From the NCBI GenBank assembly GCA_028023455.1, contig JAQFVV010000009.1, positions 15,810,001 to 15,874,000 of the forward strand: a DNA stretch of 64,000 nucleotides. Reading direction: 5' to 3'. The position numbers were made by a program, and so were the translations under genes. The stretch comes from Epiperipatus broadwayi. Taxonomy: Eukaryota; Animalia; Onychophora. Of the stretch, positions 1-12,660 are shown one piece after another; within the stretch, counting starts at the first letter, position 1, and the number at the start of each line of letters is the position of its first letter. A model generated the notes under the pieces. The model was not told the DNA's origin. It saw only the letters and a program-made list of their open reading frames with translations, and ran no database searches.

Positions 1-50
1 AATGATCATTTCGGATTTTCGACAGATCTCTGTGATTTTAATTGAGATTA

Positions 51-235
51 AAATGGTCCTCATATAGCTGGACTGGAGATACTTGAACTGGAATGAATAT
101 GAGTTCTTTTAGTGGCTTATAGCATCTTCTATTTAGTTGGGAGACAATTTAAGATGGTATTCTCATAACTGGACTGATGTACTTGATTTGGAATGAAGGT
201 GAATTCATTTTAGTGGCTTATGGCATCTTCTATTT
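51..235. repeat. Two diverged tandem copies of an ~84-bp unit, period ~101 bp
   Basis: 51-134 and 152-235 share atggt..ctcata..ctggactg..tacttga..tggaatgaa..tga..tc.ttttagtggcttat.gcatcttctattt. Confidence 0.7.
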
Positions 236-365
236 GTTATAGTAAGCTTGTTAGGGCAACATTGGTTGTTGCTTTGGCCTTGGGTGAATCAAACTTCGAC
301 GTTCCATCACAGATAATGGCAGCAAATTCTTGCCTTTCTAGCAGGGCATAGCAAAAATTAACAAT

Positions 366-2549
366 ATGCTTAGTAAGATCCGTGACTTCTTCAAGAATAA
401 ATGTCAGAACCATAGAGTTGAGATAGGTGATATCTGGGATAACGTCAATGAGCAGGAAAATCACGACATCTCTGAGGTGCACATTTTGCAATGGCTGCAG
501 TCCTATCTGGAAAGCATACCCCTGGGACTACGTGGCATTCTGAGGTTCATGCTCATTCATCTAAGCAAATTCACTGTACTAACAGTCCCCAAAGTAATAG
601 ACATCCATGCGGGAAATTTCCAAATCATCCCTGATATCTACCCAATAGCTCTCATACCATTCATGAAGAAACATATAAACCTTTCCAGCCCCTCCAATAT
701 CCACCTGATTTCTATGATACCTCTCTTGATCAAGACCATTGAATCCATAGTCAAATATAAGATTCAGCAGCAACTCCTCTCCCACATCACAGTGCACCAA
801 TTCACTTGCAAAGACTTCCACCATTGAGGCTTTGGTTTGCTTCATGCTCCTGGTGGAACATGTAAGACACTATAGAAAGTCCATGCTCATAGCGGTCCAA
901 TTGGACTTTCACTGCAGCTTTTGATTCTATAGTACCATCTAAGTTACTCCACCTTCTTAGACAGTATGGGGTGCTGATGGTTTACACTCGGATCATTGGC
1001 AACCTCCTTCTAGATCGATTTTCATATCACTGGATGGCCATCTGGCTCTGGGGTTTAGATTGCATCTTTTTATTCACCAGGGGTCCCCTCTCAGCACCCT
1101 ATGTGTACATCAACCCCCTACTTAAAAACATTGAACGTGAACTACCTGAGATTTTTTTGCCGGCACTTAGGGAGGAGGTTCATCATATATCATATGTTGA
1201 TAATGTTATCATCTTCCTCTTGTCCCAGAAATACTTACCACAGCTCCATCAAATTTTAGATAGGTATGCTGTAAAGCTCAATCTTGGTATAAACCTCGCA
1301 AAACCATCCATTTGGAGGATTAACAAAGGCACCGTTATACCCTCAATCTACAATGCCAAGCCACAAAACTTCCTTGGATTTCCAATAATATTGTCAAGGA
1401 TGGCAATCAGAAAAGAAATACAACAAACCATCCTGGAAAAACTACAAAGGTAATCAGATCCCTAACCATGATCTCCCTATCACATCCTGGCAAGGTGGCA
1501 CTACTAAACATGATGGTATTTCCACTCATCAATTACTACTCTCAATCATAAAGCCAACCAAGTCCTTTCAGAGAAAAATCAATTCGATGTGCTCCAAACT
1601 GCTTTGGAATGGAAAATGCATAGCCATCAATTTGTCCAAAGCATAGAAGCCTCGAAAACTGAATGAACTTGAATTACACGCACTACACATATTCTACGCT
1701 CAAAAACCGATAGGTTTCTTAAGTGCAAATCCATCTCAATCTATCAGAAGATCAAACATGGTTCACCTCTGAACCCACTGACACTCCACAACCACTTTCA
1801 AGCAAATGGATCAAGGACTTAAGAGAATCCATAACTAAACTTTCCCATTACTAGGTGAACCCTGGAGACTAAAAGCAACTCTTGGTATGTCTACAGGCTC
1901 ATATACCCCAAACAAAACAAAATGCAATTCAATTAAATCTTTGAAACAGACTAATTATTAAAAGGTCAAGATCTTAGGCTTATGAACCCAAATATATCAA
2001 TTTTGTTCTAAAATATAATCTTGCCTCTCTCCCCACTGATTATTTTCTAGAGTGGAAGAGAGGCTTCCAGAAGCTGGAGCCACTGTGCAACCTATGCAAG
2101 ACCGACGATGAAACCCTACAACATCTTTTCTTTCATTGTTCCTTTCTTGGTCAGCTGCAGGCTAGGGACAGTGGCCAATATTCCTCCTAACAATACAAAT
2201 GTGCTACCGCTTTCTGGAGCATTCAAAAGTGGCATATTTGCAGTCATTAGAATGGCCATTTTCATCTTTTTCTCAATTTGGCTCACAAAGTGCACAATGG
2301 TGTTCAATCCAACCGACCTCAGCTCTTGGACAGTTTACCTGCAGATCATGAAGAAGCTCAGGAGCAGAAACTGACTTCTGGCTCCGGAAAGACTGCATGG
2401 AAAAACCTGGTCACAACACAATTTCCTGGATGAGTAATAAACTTAGAGACTTTTCACTCCAGTTCATATTTTTAATGTGTGTATAAATTCAATGTAACTT
2501 CAACAGATTTCATGAATAAATTCGTTTTTTCTTAATAAAAAAAAAAAAA
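366..2549 (+). mobile_element. Decayed L1/Tx1-like non-LTR retrotransposon (ORF2 RT + C-terminal CCHC finger, polyA tail)
   Basis: RT-like motifs PSNIHLISMIPLLIKTIESIV (cf. NYRPISLL) in ORF 366-827 and ISYVDNVIIF (cf. YADD) in ORF 971-1453. An unlisted frame at ~2080-2152 reads LEPLCNLCKTDDETLQHLFFHCS (C-x2-C-x8-H-x4-C). AATAAA at 2534-2539 overlaps an A-run at 2537-2549. Confidence 0.8.
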
Positions 2550-3213
2550 TTGAAATTCTACAAATTTATTAAATGTAAAAAAAAAAAAAGGGGGGGGGGG
2601 AATTAATCTGTCATATATATAATAAAATTTCTACTGCAAACATGTTTACATATAATGATTAATTTATCTTGAGAGAGGTTTTTTATAATAATATATGAAA
2701 TTTTTATGTGTAAACATGTATAAAATTAGTGTTTTTTCACTTTCCTTATTAAATCATTAATACTTAAAATTAGAAAATAATAGCATATTTTATAGATTGC
2801 GAGCATTATGGACATTATACATTTCAATTGTTTGCTAAAGTAAAGAAAGATAATATTGCCATCAGGCCTATATAAACTATGTGCAATAAAAACCGATATC
2901 CATATAAAAGAATCTTTAAGTATGTTGAAACCTATTTTAGGAAAAGGTGTCTATCTGCAAGACTTAGTTGTGGTGAACAATTTATTCTAATGAAGAAATA
3001 AACTTAAAATTCTGAGATTATCATGTAACAGTGTCTGTTTATTTTATGTGTCTAAAATAAGAAATTGTAAATATTTAGTTATTTCTTCTGTGGCTTGTTA
3101 AATGTAGATTTGATGTTGAATAATATTATATCTGGATTATTGTATATCTTGTATATATATATATGCATTTTCCATTATATGTATATTTTGGGTTGCTTGT
3201 AATTTTGTTTTAG

Positions 3214-3429
3214 GTTAAATCAAAATTGGAAAATCCAACTTTATATCATGTTCAAGAAAGTAGGCGACGACAAATTCAAGAATATCTTATTAGCAACAGT
3301 CTTCTAGAACAACGAATGTTTACTGGCAATGGAGTTTTATCTGGAGGAAATAATGGTTCAGGAGTTAGCAATCCAGATAGTCCTTTGTCGGTAGCCTTGA
3401 GCAGTTCAGTTCCAACAAGCCCTTCTGAG
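3214..3429 (+). CDS. Mitf: MiT/TFE family (Mitf/TFEB/TFE3-like) internal exon, N-terminal regulatory region, 72 aa, phase 0/0
   Basis: Acceptor ttttgttttag|GTT at 3213/3214; donor GAG|gtatga at 3429/3430. Translation VKSKLENPTLYHVQESRRRQIQEYLISNSLLEQRMFTGNGVLSGGNNGSGVSNPDSPLSVALSSSVPTSPSE matches the MiT hallmark LENPT.YH.Q....Q+..YL (MITF [25 protein letters not shown]) and its SP phospho-region. Confidence 0.88.
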
Positions 3430-3554
3430 GTATGATCATAAAATTTGAATGTTTAAATTTTACTTTATATAGGGAGTAATAACTTTAAAATCTTTAACAT
3501 GAAAATAATTAATAATTAAAATCAAACTCATATTAGATTCTTATAACTTTTTAG

Positions 3555-3644
3555 ATAGAAGATCTCAATATTTTGCAAGATATTATTGAAAGTGATCAGT
3601 TTCGCATTTTACAATTAGAGGATAATATTCAAATTTCTTCAACA
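3555..3644 (+). CDS. Mitf: MiT/TFE family next exon, acidic activation region, 30 aa, phase 0/0
   Basis: Follows a 125-nt GT-AG intron (3430-3554). Acceptor actttttag|ATA; donor ACA|gtaagt. Translation IEDLNILQDIIESDQFRILQLEDNIQISST aligns by position with MITF/TFE3 DDVIDDIISLES...LQ+.ST and is in frame with the previous exon. Confidence 0.8.
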
Positions 3645-5514
3645 GTAAGTAAATCTGCATATTTTTAATATAATAATTTTAATTTATGTAGTAGAAATGA
3701 GATATAACAATTTATTTTTTAACAAAATGGTCAATATTAAATTGTTAGATTAATGTTTGTGGAGATAGAAAGTTATGATATAGGATTCTTTCAAAACTTG
3801 AATATAGTATTCTCATCATGACTAAAATAGATGATAGGGGCTAGTTTAAAGACTTATTTTGATTAAAAAAAAAGTTTAGCATAAATAAACACCGTGTAAG
3901 CATATCCATATATTATCTTCTAATGTCTTATTATTGTATTATTATCCATGACCATTTTTTTCCACAAGTTAATATTAAAAACTTTCAATTCTAATATAGT
4001 TTGCAGAAACTAATAATTGCATCTGGAACTGTCTAATCATATCTGTATATGCATGTTTACAGTTTTATACATTTACATCTATTATTAGATTATTACTTGA
4101 TTTTATTTAAAATTTCATTAAAAAGAAATAAATCTTAAATAGATAATATTATATGTATTAATACAAGATTTAGAATATTAGAATATTTGACTATATGAAT
4201 TTAATACTATTTAAGTATTGAATAATACAAGTAAGTTATTTTTAGAATGATTGTAAAAATAGAATCAATTTTTATTTACATAAGCCTAACATGTGTAAAT
4301 TTTCATTTACCTAAAATATCCAACAACTGAGATGAATTGGTCTCATGGTACACAACATAATGTGTGTGCCTAAAAAAAATAGAAATGAACACAAATAAAT
4401 TTTAGATATGTAATTATTGAAAATAAAGTCTGAAGTAACTTAAATATTGATTAAATAATATTTTTTTGATATTTTTAAAGTACTGAAAATTAATATTTTT
4501 ATCAACTTCTACCTTTCTTCAAAAGTCCTAGTTGTAGTTTCAGTTATATTTGTGGAATTTTATTTTTATGATTAAACTTTTATTTTCTTTCATATTTTGA
4601 TAATCTTTACATTATTTAATATAAATATAAGTTTACAAATGAAAAACATTCTAAAAGTTAATATTTGAACTTTACAAAATAGAAAAGGAAAGTACTGAAG
4701 TGAAATATATAACGAAAATGTATTGAATGGTTGCCTACATTGAACAAATTATTTCTTATTTCATTTCCATTTTAAAAATTGAAATAAATTTTTGTTTAGA
4801 TATTAAAAAGCAACAAAATTCTGTTTTAAAATTTAAAATTACACTCATTATTATTAAAATTTTATAAAAAAGAATTCTGCATCAGCATTTATGAAGCATT
4901 TTTTTTTTAGTGAATCAATCTCAGTTTCTGTTAATCATAGTCCAGTTTATTTCACTTATCTCCTTAAAAGCTAAAGTATTAATTTGAAAAAGGAAATGGA
5001 ATATAAAATATTTTTGTAAAATTATTATCTAATTAAATATAAAATAAATGGTAATACATCATCTGATCATCCACACTGCGTGATGGCACTGTTTCTATGC
5101 TAAAGCACAGAAATATGCTGTTTACAAGGCCACTCATAGATCTTATGGCCTGTAAACTGTTCAAACACTAAGATATTGAAGTGCACCCTTACCCCAACAT
5201 CTCTAGCATGTTGGACATTATTAGCGACGAGTATGCGACACTCTCTATAGACATTACTCTTGACTATTGTACAGCGTATGATATGAAGGTTTCTATAGTT
5301 GTAATGATGAAAAGTATATTAGAACGGATTTTTTTTTTGGTTAAATGTATTGTAATTTATGTGAGTTAGTAAAAATTGTAATGAATTCTCAAACACCCCT
5401 ACTTTCATTCTCAGGGGTCACAATTCACTAAATGAGGAGTGTAAATCACAATTTGGGAAAGTTCATGATCAAGTTGTGCACTTTCCGATACTTTTTCGAG
5501 ATCAAAACAGTTAA

Positions 5515-5896
5515 ATGGCAGACGACCATTCAGCTTTGTAGTTTTTAGATTTACCTGTTATAGAAGCAGATGCGGTGGCCTTCCTTCAACCAAAAAAAAA
5601 TATTTTACCCACCCAGAAAAACTGTCTTTGTGGTGGTTTAATGAAATTAAGGTGTTGTTAAACATCTGAAATGGAATGTCAATCGCATCAATGTCGCCGA
5701 AGGTGTTCCATTCGCTCATGGAACATGGTTTGGGGCTGCTGAATCATTTTTTCGCAAGCGGTATGGCTAATTTATTATTAAAGCTGAGAACAGCTTACAG
5801 TGAAGCATATTAGAGCTGAGGTGGAAATGTGTCAAAACGCCGTAAGGAATATGACGACAGGTCTTAGAGAGGTTTGTTGAGAAAGCCTTGTTTCTC
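5515..5896 (+). mobile_element. Merlin (IS1595/ISXO2-like) transposase 5' remnant, pseudogenised
   Basis: From ATG 5515: MADDHSAL*FLDLPVIEADAVAFLQPKKNILPTQKNCLCGGLMKL...CQSHQCRRRCSIR, then after frameshifts GTWF and ...VWLIYY*S*EQLTVKHIRAEVEMCQNAVRNMTTGLREVC. This resembles the N-terminal Zn-ribbon and helix region preceding the Merlin DDE domain. Confidence 0.7.
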
Positions 5897-6165
5897 AAAA
5901 AAAAAAAAAAAAAGTTTCTTCAAAAACAATAAAAAAAACTGGAAAAAAAAAAAGTTTCTTAAAAAAAAAAAAAAAGACTGGAAAAAAGAAATGTTTGTTT
6001 TTAAAAAAAAAAAACAGAATATTTTAAAAAGCCAACCCCCCCCCCCCATTTTTTTATTTTTAAGAAATATACATAAAACCGGTTAAAAAAATAAACAACA
6101 ACAACAAAAAAAATCAAGCAAATCCAAAAATTAAAAACATAAATCAACAAAAAAAAAAAAACAGC
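5897..6165. repeat. A-rich low-complexity tract with many homopolymer runs
   Basis: Repeated A9-A16 runs, a C11-like run and recurring aaagtttctt / ctggaaaaaa motifs. The ORFs 5864-6049 and 5874-6086 are artefacts of this tract. Confidence 0.85.
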
Positions 6166-6499
6166 CCGGTAACATTATATCTATTTATTTTTCACTAGCA
6201 ACAGTGCCATCGAATGGTATGGATGATTAGATGATGTATTACCAATAATTTTGTAAATTATTATCTTATCAAATATAAAATAATTTTGTAAATTGTTATC
6301 TAATCAAGAAAGAAGAGATTAGATTGTTTTTACTGAAAGCTAGTCAACCTATTAGATAAGTAATGCTATAATTAAAAAGGTTAATTAATTATTAATAAAA
6401 AAAATTGAATACCAGATTGTCATGATTGATGTTCTAAAGAATGGTTGGTCAACAATAGAATTTCCATAAGCATAGTTATTCAAGTTATTCTGTTGCTGA

Positions 6500-7000
6500 T
6501 TAGCTTAGCTGTTTGTATTGTTGAGATTACTTGCTGAATTTTGTGATCTCTGCCATCGTGGAATTCTTGTTTTGTGACTCAAGTGATGTATAGGAATCTC
6601 TTCAGATGACCTACCACCATGGCTTGCTAGATTCACAAAAGGGGTATTCATTTGGTCTTTCATCATATGGTTCCTATGAATTATCAGGAGCATGAGATAT
6701 GATTAAAAACATGACCTGCCATTACTGAGGTATCACCCATATATTGTCAAAAATGTTGCTGGACAATTAAATCAAGAAAATATATGCTGTCCTGGAAAGA
6801 ATAAGCTATAAGCTGCTACACAAGAATACTATTCATGAACTCACATCTTTCCAATGAAGACCTTAAAAACTTCTTAGAAATTCTAAACACTATCAAAGAA
6901 AAAAAAAGGAAGGATAATCATCTCAAGAAAAGCTCTAACTAAAACTCAAATCAAATATAAGCAAAAATCAAAGTCTAGACTTAAACTGAAATATGAGATA
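6500..7000 (+). mobile_element. Possible highly decayed L1/Tx1-like 3' fragment
   Basis: CDLC (C-x2-C) near 6544, then LPPWLARFTKGVFIWSFIIWFL, resembling the hydrophobic W-containing segment after the Zn finger in the other two L1/Tx1-like copies. Many stops. Confidence 0.3.
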
Positions 7001-7859
7001 AGATTTACATTTTCCTCATAAACTGTTACAATTGAGAAACTACACAAACTCATATTTTCCTTATTTAAGACTAAATTAATTCTGCTTAAAATAATTCAAG
7101 TTTTATTATATGTTTATGTTGTTATAATTTGATAAGTTATCATATATAAATAAATACATTGTTTTAATTCTTAACATGGCCTGAATTCTCTTTTCTCTGA
7201 ATCTGTCACCATATGAAATTTAGTTAAGTATGTAGTCTTGTTTTAAATGTTCAATATCTAATCGCTAATGAGGTGAGTTTCTTATGTTTAATTGAGCTAG
7301 CTGAGGAAACAAGCATGTATGGATATTCCAGTTAATTCCCTGGATGGTGCCAGGTGCAAACCCAGTATAAGTAAAAAGTATTCATGGGTGAGGTATTTTG
7401 CTTTTAGTAGAAAGTGGAGTTAATGATCTTGAAAAGTGCCCAAGATCTGTGTATTTATAGATAATTCCCAGTCTGATCATTAATATAGATAATACGTAAA
7501 GTATTGACTATATTTTCCTCTCTGCTTACATAACAGTATGTATATAATCTAAATTATATACATAAAAGATATTTAAAATTTGTTGTTATAATATATATAT
7601 ATGCTAATGATTTGTAGACAATCATATCAATCTCTTTCATTTTAGTTTCATCAGCTGATTATTGCATTATTTATCAGTCATTTTGAAAAAGAATGGTAGC
7701 AAACCAATAATAATTTTTGGTACTTATGTAGTGTGCCTGGCAAAAGCTTGCCAGTTTTATTTTAAATAATCCATTTTCAGGGTCTTCCAACACATGGTAT
7801 AAAACACTATCTCTGGGTCTAAGTTATTGTATCCAATATTTTCTTTTCTTTTATTTATT

Positions 7860-8980
7860 AAAATGATAAATAAAAGAAATGCAAAAGTCCAAAATATTAT
7901 AATTAAATTTTTTTAAATGTAAATTCACTACACCAGCTGTAAACTAATCTCAATACACTCACAAATGATATTTTGGAGCCTTCTAATCACATTCCAAATA
8001 GACAATTGCTTAGAACATGTTTGCACACCAATATTACCATTGTGTCTCCGATTGCACATATTGTCATATTGTGTTCACTATCACACACTTTTTGGGTGGG
8101 CACTAACCTGTAATTTTGAAAATTTTCCACTGCATCCTATTTTGTCAATGAATGATTCCAAAATCTTCAAAAATGACAAGACAATAAAGAAATGTTGAAA
8201 AAATCACCATGTGTTAATGAATATTAAAAAAATAGTGATAATTTTAGCCACGTGTTATCTGTTCTTCTTATGTTAACATTTGGATATTATGTTGTGAATG
8301 GAATTTATTAAAATATGTATTCAAATTTTTTAAATTTAACAATATAGAATAAATTTGTTAATATTTTTTAAAGTTAACAAGCTATACATGTTTGAGGAAA
8401 AAAATTAAACAATTTTCAGGGATGATGAATTTAATTACATTTTTTTTCCTCAAAATTATTTTCTCAAATATGTATAGCTTATTAACTTTAAAAAATATTA
8501 ACAAATATATTCTAAATTGAATGTTAATTTGAAAAAATTTCAAATACATTTTTTAATAAATTCCATTCACAACACAACATTCAAATGTTAGTACAAGGGG
8601 AAGGGCTAAGATGTGGCTATCATTATTTTTTTAACATTCATTCACATGCCTTATCGTTGATATGATTAAATTTTGGAATCTTTCATTGACAGAACAAGAT
8701 GCAGTGGAATATTTCAAAATTATAGGATAACGTCTGCCCAAAAAGTGTCTGATAATGAATGTAATATAACACTTTGTGTGAACAGAGACCCAATAGCGGT
8801 ATCGGGTTTCAAACATGTTCTAAGTGCCTATCTGTTTGGAAAAGAACATGAATAAAAGCTCCAAAATATCGTTTGTGACGGCACTGAGATTAGTTTACAG
8901 CTGATGTAGTGAATTTACATTAAAAATAAATAAATTAATCACAACATTTTGGATTTTAGTATTTTTTTATTTATCATTTT
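7860..8980. mobile_element. ~1.1-kb foldback built from two head-to-head Merlin-like 5' fragments
   Basis: Arms pair throughout, e.g. aatgtaaattcactacaccagctgtaaactaatctca vs tgagattagtttacagctgatgtagtgaatttacatt, and tttgaggaaaaaaa (8391-8404) vs tttttttcctcaaa (8441-8454). Right arm (+, from 8662) reads MIKFWNLSLTEQDAVEYF; left arm (-) reads FWNHSLTK*DAVENFQNYRLVPTQKVCDSEHNMTI. Confidence 0.75.
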
Positions 8981-10405
8981 TCATAACTAAAATTTATGAA
9001 GTAATATTTTATAGGATTTTCATATCTTTTTTTTAATATGTAAGGATATTTTGACAATATATTGATTTAATTAATCTTCAGATTTATATTTTTCATACCT
9101 CTTTTTATTCTTTATTTCATCTGAATGATATCCATGACATTAAAGATGTAAAATTATACCATTTAATTTCATAAAACATTCAGTTGTCTTATATAAATTA
9201 TTCAATCATAAACCATCTGCCCTTAAATTATGATAATACTTATAGTCTATGATGTGATAAATAAATAATCTGATAATAGGCCAAATACTAATATTGATAT
9301 TTTTCTGATATTGAATGTCCTTTAAATAGATGATTGATCACTACATTTAGAAAAATAAAACCAATATTTTTATTCGTTAATCTTTATATCAATTTTATCC
9401 ATCTCTATAAATAACACATTTTATTTATATTACATCACTTTCCAATTAAATAAATATTTTACATAATAATGTTCACTGATATCTGACCATCATGTTTAGG
9501 AAGTATACTTTATATGCAAAAGAATTTTAAAAATAAATATTTGAGTGCATATATATGCAAACCCATTTAGCCATGAGCATTATTACATTTAATATTTAAT
9601 AAAATATATATGTGTTTGCATAAAATCTTCTGAAAGCGCTCAGCTTATTAAATTGCAGAGTATTGTGCGTATTTTATAGATTACATGCTAATGAAGTAAA
9701 TATTTAATTACTTATTATTTTAGTAATACTTTGGGTGCAATTTGAGAATTATAATTGCAGTTTGTAATGTTATAATTGACTTTATTAGTCTGTATTCAGA
9801 ATACGTTGTATTTATCTGTTTAAAGAGGTTTATTTAAACTTCTTTGTACCAAAAATTTCACTCTCTGTGATGAAGTTGCAATCTTTAGTGTCTATATAAA
9901 TATATTAGACCATTAATAAAGGTGGGATTTTTTGTTAAAAGGAGGTTGCCTTGACAACAGTTTGAAATTGTTGATTGTTATTGATATTGTAATTGTCTGA
10001 GTGTTGACTGGCTCTTAATCATATATATATATATAAAAGGATATTCCTTTATCATATTATTCATTCAACATGTATTCGCTCACTTTTGATATAATTGTGA
10101 AATATGCAATAAATATTCTCAGGATCACAAATGTTTAAGCTCACCAAAGAAAAAAATATGTAAAGTATACATATATAAAATTTAAATTAATTAAACAAAA
10201 AATCAATTTAACAATGTCCTTTAAAATCATACAACATATTTATAAAATTAACTTTCATTTTTATCATTAAGAAATAATTTTGTTTTGAAAGCAAACTTTT
10301 CTTCTTATTTCTTTTTTGTTAAGCTGTTCATTTATTTTCTTTTAATCTATGGAAAACAGATAAAATGATAAAAACAGATTAAGTTTTTATTTTTTAAATC
10401 TAAAG

Positions 10406-10867
10406 CATTGGTTCCCAACCTTTTTTTGACCATGCCCGACATAAGCATCTCTAAAATCCTGCTGACTCCCCCCTTCCATGACATATAATTTTTATTATTC
10501 AAAAAGTGAACTCCTATTCAAGTGGAGGAAGCTTAAAAGGCCATTAACTAAATGACACTTGAAGTACAGTGGAGTTTTAAGCTACTTAACTTGCTCCAAG
10601 TAACCATGGAAAACTAAAGACTAAAGGTATCTAAACAGAAAAGATACTGAGAAGAAACTGGTGTGGAAAGAGAGAAATTTTAAAAACATTCTTAGCTTAA
10701 CTTATGAATAATAAGACATAAGAACAATTATCAGGCTTCCAAATTCATTGTTAATAACTCAAAAAAATTTCAAAAAAGTTAATTGTTAATAACTCATTCT
10801 CAAATTGCCCCCTTTAAAAATCAACCCTTTCCTCCATATGGTGTGTGCTCCATATTGGGAATTACTC
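10406..10867. mobile_element. Non-autonomous hAT (Charlie-like) element
   Basis: Left end cattggttcccaacctttttt resembles Charlie-type CAGTGGTTCCCAACC. Right end ttgggaattactc resembles its reverse complement, with subterminal gccccc. No clean 8-bp TSD seen. Confidence 0.55.
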
Positions 10868-10955
10868 TTGAAGGCATGTTAATTTATTTTTTTATATGGT
10901 GTGTGCTCCATGTTGGGGACTAGTTTTGAAGGCATGTTAATTAATTTATTTTTTT
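10836..10955. repeat. 58-bp tandem duplication spanning the hAT right end
   Basis: atatggtgtgtgctcca...ttggg...ttgaaggcatgttaa..ttattttt starts at both 10836 and 10894. Confidence 0.85.
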
Positions 10956-12660
10956 CTAATGAAAAAAATGCATTAAAAAAATTTTTAAAATAAATAAACA
11001 CAAATTCCACAACATAATATTTTTTTATGAATTAGAAAATTAAAATGCCCTCTATTTAGTTGAATGTAATAAAATGTCATTATGTTTAATAATTGAGTTC
11101 TGTGTTATAATCTATGACAATACAAGACTCACAGGAGTGGTTTTAATGAATCTCTAACAGTTATATCAAATCCTTAAATACCATTAGCCAAAAATAAAAA
11201 TAAGGTTGAAGCTTATTTTATATAAAGCATATTTTATTTGCTGTATTTGTAAATATGAAAGTTGAACTACACACAATTATTAAATATGCTTCACTTATGG
11301 GTAGTACTAAATTATAAAAAAAATAGTTAAATGACCACATATAATTAGCTTATAATGACTACAATTTATAGTGAAAAACTGTATTCAATCTTTCACACGT
11401 CTTATAAAGTGTAGCAACTAAGTAAACCTTTTTTAAAGTAGAAAAAATTGCAATGAAATAGCTTATCTTTAAATCAGCTGATATGTTATGTATTTTGCAA
11501 CAATTTTAAAAAGATTTTTGTTGAGGAAGAAGTGGAGGGGATAGAACTAATTAATAACTTTTTGCTTATTTATTTATTGAATAAAAGTAAATATACAGAC
11601 TGTATATATATATATATATTCAATACAAATAAAAATTAATAATTATATACATTTAATATTTAGAATAGATGCTAAAGACATGGTTGAATTATTCTTTATC
11701 TAGAAAAGTTACTAATTCAAGAAGAATTTGGAATCAAGGCTTCTGGATTTATATCTGAATTTTAAAATTGTTATCAGTAATACCTGACTGTGCTATGTAC
11801 TAATTTTTTTTGCAACTTTTAAATGTCAGCTTGCAGAGTCATTTATTAACAAAATGTACAAATTTTACATCAGAAGATATATGTGATAATTTAATCTAAA
11901 TATTCTTAATTGTACTTTATTATTTAAAATAAATTTAATGAATTATAGTTTAATAATTTTTAATTAAAAAAATGCATATATTTTATTTATTTTTATGTAT
12001 CATCATACAATATTTTTTCAATTATTATTGTAGATTTTGAAATTTAGATTAATATTTAAATTTCTGTGAAGACTTCCAAACAGAGCCATCTAATCAACAG
12101 AATTGATAAATTCTGTGCTATTAGATTAATTATAATTATAGATATTGGATCTTCAAAAAAATTATTGTAGAATTCATTATAGTTTATAATGTAACTATAA
12201 AATTGGGGCATTAGAATAAATTATGTTAGGAAGGTGGCAAGCAATATTAGACTATCATTGATGATCAAGTATTATCATTTAGTCACAATATTCTATTGCC
12301 ATTCAACCTGATCTCTGCAAACAATTTAATATACATACACTGAGTTTTTTAAATAGAAGTTATAGAGAATTTAATCCTAAAATAATGAAAATACATATAG
12401 TGAATATAAAACATTAAAAGTAGTTATTGAATATAGAATAAATTAGTGCTTTTAAATATTTGGGAAGTTAGTGAATTGATAATCAAGATATTGAGAAAAA
12501 GAGTTCAAGTGAGAATTGCGATGATCAAATAAACTTTTACTACAAGATAGAATAATAAAAAAAACAAGTCATATATAACATGACATTACTTTTATAAGCT
12601 TGTATTTACAAAAATGTAATACAGAGAGCGTACCAATAGCGCAAACAAGCTCTTAATTAA

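Noticed and set aside
5120-5157. 12-bp hairpin gtttacaaggcca / tggcctgtaaac
   Set aside because: The hairpin is real, but it is isolated and I could not assign it to a Helitron end or a structured RNA.
5864-6086. Lys-rich and Phe-rich ORFs
   Set aside because: They are translations of the homopolymer tract.
6895-6927. KEKKRKDNHL resembles the MiT basic region KERQKKDNHN
   Set aside because: No splice donor follows, the frame hits a stop within a few codons, the upstream residues do not match, and it lies in an A-run within decayed repeat-like DNA.
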